A DNA stretch of 64,000 nt, taken from contig SVGE01000001.1 in NCBI GenBank assembly GCA_015056545.1, positions 9,129-73,128 on the forward strand. The letters are read 5' to 3'. Of the stretch, positions 60,515 through 64,000 are shown one piece after another. The stretch is from Clostridiales bacterium. Lineage in GTDB: Bacteria; Bacillota; Clostridia; TANB77; SIG350. The stretch's first letter is position 1, and each line of letters starts with the position of its first letter. The notes under the pieces were generated by a model. It had not been told where the DNA came from and did no database searches. It worked only from the letters and a program-made list of their open reading frames with translations. A program made the translations under genes and the position numbers.

Positions 60515-61723
60515 TTATGAATCCATATAATCTCTTAATTTCTTACTTCTACTAGGATGTCTTAATTTTCTAAGAGCTTTAGCTTCAATTTGTCTAATTC
60601 TTTCTCTTGTTACCTCAAATTGTTTGCCAACTTCTTCAAGAGTTCTAGGTCTTCCATCTTCTAAACCAAATCTTAATTTTAATACCATTGCTTCTCTAGG
60701 AGTTAAAGTTTTTAAAACTTCTTCTAATTGTTCTCTAAGCAATGTATATGAAGCTAAGTCTTGTGGTGATGGAGAATATTCATCTTGAATAAAATCAGCT
60801 AAATGACTGTCATCTTCTTCACCAATTGGTGTTTCTAAAGATACTGGTTCTTGTGCTATTTTTTGTATTTCAGCAACTTTTTCAACAGACATTTCTAATT
60901 CTTTTGCTAATTCTTCAGGAGTAGGTTCTCTTCCTAATTGTTGAAGTAAATGTCTAGATGTACGAATTAATTTATTAATTGTTTCAACCATATGCACAGG
61001 AATTCTAATAGTTCTTGATTGATCAGCTATTGAACGAGTTATAGCTTGTCTAATCCACCATGTTGCATATGTACTAAATTTAAATCCTTTATTATAATCA
61101 AATTTTTCAACTGCTTTAATTAATCCCATATTACCTTCTTGAATTAAATCTAAGAAAAGCATTCCTCTACCAACATATTTTTTAGCAATACTTACAACTA
61201 ATCTTAAATTAGATTCAGATAATTTCTTTTTAGCATCTTCATCTCCGTCTAAAACTTTAAGAGCTAATTCCATTTCTTCTTCAGCTGAAAGTAGTGGTAT
61301 TTTACCTATTTCTTTTAAATATAATCTAACTGGATCATCAACAAATATACCTTCTGGAACAGACATATCTGTTAAATTTAATTTCATTTCTTTTTCTACT
61401 TTTTCTAATTCTTCAAAATCTGGTTCATCTAAATCAATTATCACATCATCATCAGAAACTTCTTCTATTAAATCGGTTTCTGTTAATTCAGCTAAATCTG
61501 GTTCATCTTTTTCATTAATAACTTCTACACCCATTTTTTCTAATTGTTCATATAAGTTTTCAATTTCTTGTGGAGTAATTTGAAGTTTGTATAATTTGCT
61601 CATTATTTCATTTTGATTAATCTCACCTTTTTCTTTAGCTTCTGCAACTAATTTTAAAATTGTTTCTTCTTTTAATTTTTGAATATCATTTTTAATTTTT
61701 TCTTCATTGACTTTTTTAGCCAT
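60515..61723 (-). CDS. rpoD: RNA polymerase principal sigma factor SigA
   Basis: Region 1.1 acidic N-terminus; region 2-4 motifs; ends …[20 protein letters not shown]; downstream of dnaG as in Bacillus. Confidence 0.9.
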   Translation of the reverse strand: MAKKVNEEKIKNDIQKLKEETILKLVAEAKEKGEINQNEIMSKLYKLQITPQEIENLYEQLEKMGVEVINEKDEPDLAELTETDLIEEVSDDDVIIDLDEPDFEELEKVEKEMKLNLTDMSVPEGIFVDDPVRLYLKEIGKIPLLSAEEEMELALKVLDGDEDAKKKLSESNLRLVVSIAKKYVGRGMLFLDLIQEGNMGLIKAVEKFDYNKGFKFSTYATWWIRQAITRSIADQSRTIRIPVHMVETINKLIRTSRHLLQQLGREPTPEELAKELEMSVEKVAEIQKIAQEPVSLETPIGEEDDSHLADFIQDEYSPSPQDLASYTLLREQLEEVLKTLTPREAMVLKLRFGLEDGRPRTLEEVGKQFEVTRERIRQIEAKALRKLRHPSRSKKLRDYMDS

Positions 61724-61737
61724 AAAATAACCACTCC

Positions 61738-63543
61738 TTAAAATTTATTTAAGTCTATTAATATTTTGCTTAATTCTAACTCTAATTCTTGTTTATTTTC
61801 AGTATTTTCTTCTTTTAATTTATTTAATATTTCATATTTTTGTTTTTCTAATTTATTTTTCTTTAATGTTTTATATATATCATTAACAATTTTTTCAACA
61901 CCTTTAGTATTATAATCTAAGCATATAGTTGAACTAATAATATTAATATCTTCTTCTTCAGAAAAAATTGTAACAATATCTTTTACTTTATTATTTGTTT
62001 CATAATAATCAAATAATTTTTTTATTATATTCCTAAATTTTTCAGTTTGAATATAATCTAATGAAATTTTTTCTTTTATTTGATTATATATATCACTATT
62101 GTTTTCTAATAATAGATAAATTATGTATTTTTCTGTTTTTTCAATAACAGTTTCATCTTTTTTTATTGTTTTTTGATTAAGTAATACTCTATTATCTGTA
62201 ACATTTTTTAAATCTGTTGTAAATTTTAATTTTAATTTATTTATTTCTGCATAAATAGGGTCTTTTCCAATTCCAGTTGTTTTAGATATGTTATCTACAT
62301 AAACATCTCTTTCAATTTCATTAGTAATACTTGCAAGAACTACAGCCATCTCATTTAAGAATTTAATTTTTTCATCAATTTTATTAATATCATATTTTTT
62401 TAGTAATAATTGAAGTTTAAATTCAACTAATGTAATAGCATTTTCAACTAAATTTTCAAATCTGCCTGAACCATATTTTATTATATATTCATCTGGATCT
62501 TTTACATCATCCTTATCTAATTGTAATACTTTAACTTCACATCCTGCTTTTGTAAGAATATCTAATCCTCTAAGTGTAGCTGCTTGTCCAGCTCCATCAG
62601 CATCATATCCTATAACTACATTACTAGAATATTTTCTAAGTAATTTAGCTTGTTCCTCTGTTAAAGCTGTACCTAATGATGCAACAACATAAGGTATTTT
62701 TCTTTGATGTAAAGAAATTGTATCCATATATCCTTCAACAATAAGAATTCTGTCTAATTTTTCTTTTTTTGCAATATTTAAACCAAAAAGATTTCGAGCC
62801 TTACTATATATAATTGATTCTGGTGAATTAATATATTTAGGTTTAGAATCATTTAAAACTCTTCCTCCAAATGCAATTATTCTTCCTCTAACATCAATTA
62901 TAGGAAACATTAACCTATCTCTAAATTTATCAACATATCTAGTGTCTTTTTTTTCAACCAAAGAGCTTTTTAATATTTCTTCTTCAGTAAATCCTTTAGA
63001 TTTTAAATAATTGTACATTTCAGTAGCATTATTACAATAACCTAACCCAAATTTTTTAATTGTATTATCGTCTAGTTTTCTGTTATATAAATAATCTAAA
63101 GCTACTTTTCCAGTTGGCTTGTATAAATTAGTATACCAATAATTTGCCGCTTCTAAATTTATACTATAAAGTCTTTCTCTTAAATCTTTATTTCTATCTA
63201 TATAACCTGTATCAACTGCTTTTAATTCCATCCCTGCTCTGTTTGCTAAATGTTGAAGCGCATCGACAAACTCTAAATTTTCAATATCCATTACAAAACT
63301 TAGAACATTTCCGCCTTTTCCACATCCAAAACAATGATATATTTGTTTATCTGGTGATACAACAAAAGAAGGTGTTTTTTCACGATGAAAAGGACATAAT
63401 CCTGTATAATTCCTACCTGCTCTTTTTAATTGAACATATTCAGAAACAACATCGACTATGTCATTACTATTTATTACTTCTTGAATCATTTCTTCTGAAT
63501 AAATTGCCACTTTATCACCTACTACCCTTTTTGTCAAATACAA
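61738..63543 (-). CDS. dnaG: DNA primase
   Basis: Zinc ribbon [30 protein letters not shown]; TOPRIM (…EGYMD…); 601 aa. Confidence 0.9.
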   Translation of the reverse strand: MYLTKRVVGDKVAIYSEEMIQEVINSNDIVDVVSEYVQLKRAGRNYTGLCPFHREKTPSFVVSPDKQIYHCFGCGKGGNVLSFVMDIENLEFVDALQHLANRAGMELKAVDTGYIDRNKDLRERLYSINLEAANYWYTNLYKPTGKVALDYLYNRKLDDNTIKKFGLGYCNNATEMYNYLKSKGFTEEEILKSSLVEKKDTRYVDKFRDRLMFPIIDVRGRIIAFGGRVLNDSKPKYINSPESIIYSKARNLFGLNIAKKEKLDRILIVEGYMDTISLHQRKIPYVVASLGTALTEEQAKLLRKYSSNVVIGYDADGAGQAATLRGLDILTKAGCEVKVLQLDKDDVKDPDEYIIKYGSGRFENLVENAITLVEFKLQLLLKKYDINKIDEKIKFLNEMAVVLASITNEIERDVYVDNISKTTGIGKDPIYAEINKLKLKFTTDLKNVTDNRVLLNQKTIKKDETVIEKTEKYIIYLLLENNSDIYNQIKEKISLDYIQTEKFRNIIKKLFDYYETNNKVKDIVTIFSEEEDINIISSTICLDYNTKGVEKIVNDIYKTLKKNKLEKQKYEILNKLKEENTENKQELELELSKILIDLNKF

Positions 63544-63641
63544 TAATTATTAATTCGACAAAAAGAAAAAAATTCCTTCCAAATATACAAATTTATTTTA
63601 CATAATTTTGTAATATTAGAAGAAATCAGTGTATAAATAGT

Positions 63642-63881
63642 TTATATTAATTTAAAAACTAAATATAAAATTAACATGTGCAAAGGATAAAACACATAAA
63701 ATAAATATTTTGCATTTATCCCCTTTTTTTCATTATATAATAATATAATTGCTATTACAGATAATAATGATATTCCCTGTTGCCATATAGGCATTATATA
63801 ATAATATGCTAAAAAATTTACTAATTGAGCAATTAAAAGTAATACTTTATTATTCTTAAATATATAAAATATTACTATCAT
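63642..63881 (-). CDS. Hydrophobic ORF fragment/small membrane protein at the window edge
   Basis: ORF track only; may extend beyond the window end. Confidence 0.2.
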   Translation of the reverse strand: MIVIFYIFKNNKVLLLIAQLVNFLAYYYIMPIWQQGISLLSVIAIILLYNEKKGINAKYLFYVFYPLHMLILYLVFKLI

Positions 63882-64000
63882 TAATATTCCATACCATCCA
63901 TATTCTATATTAATCTTTTCTGCTATAAATGCAATTATAATTGTAATTGTGATTCCTAGTTTAATATCTTTTTTTAATGCAATTATACAAATTAACCCTA

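Noticed and set aside
1-64000. CRISPR arrays, rRNA genes, transposases and IS elements
   Set aside because: No regularly spaced direct repeats, no rRNA-like GC-rich blocks and no DDE or serine transposase motifs were seen. The only recombinase is the XerC/D-family gene at 31156-32142

Overview
This window reads as a very AT-rich (about 25-30% GC) chromosomal segment from a spore-forming Firmicute, most likely a Clostridium-like organism. The backbone is housekeeping and sporulation genes: dxs, a U32 peptidase, lgt-lspA, sigK (intact), murB, ruvC-holA-gpr, tRNA-Thr, sigH, cls, gatCAB, addB, folD, uppP, dpaA, ppa, metG, acpS and dnaG-rpoD. There are also cell-envelope genes: SLH, polysaccharide deacetylases, PAP2 and GtrA. 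Between these sit several accessory or unexplained loci. The strongest candidate for a previously undescribed system is at 13070-14612 on the minus strand. It is a compact operon of two tandem DUF4065/Panacea-domain proteins, each followed by a ribosome-binding-site-equipped gene for a small transmembrane peptide (47 aa, 75 aa and 37 aa), consistent with a duplicated PanA-PanT-like toxin-antitoxin module with membrane toxins. Other notable points:
- a membrane-protein gene split by a single in-frame TAA (6716-7582);
- a LexA (SOS) double operator driving a YneA-like LysM division inhibitor, convergent with an extra tyrosine recombinase;
- a second SigA-like sigma factor just downstream of dnaG-rpoD with clearly foreign GC and codon usage;
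- addB without an adjacent addA;
- dpaA without dpaB;
- an SLH-anchored protein with a thermolysin-like zinc motif;
- a divergent membrane-anchored YvcK/CofD-like protein in a translationally coupled chain with ruvC and holA;
- a promoter, 19-aa hydrophobic ORF and terminator mini-transcript;
- an unexplained structured noncoding region between cls and sigH.
No CRISPR array, rRNA or clear transposase was seen.
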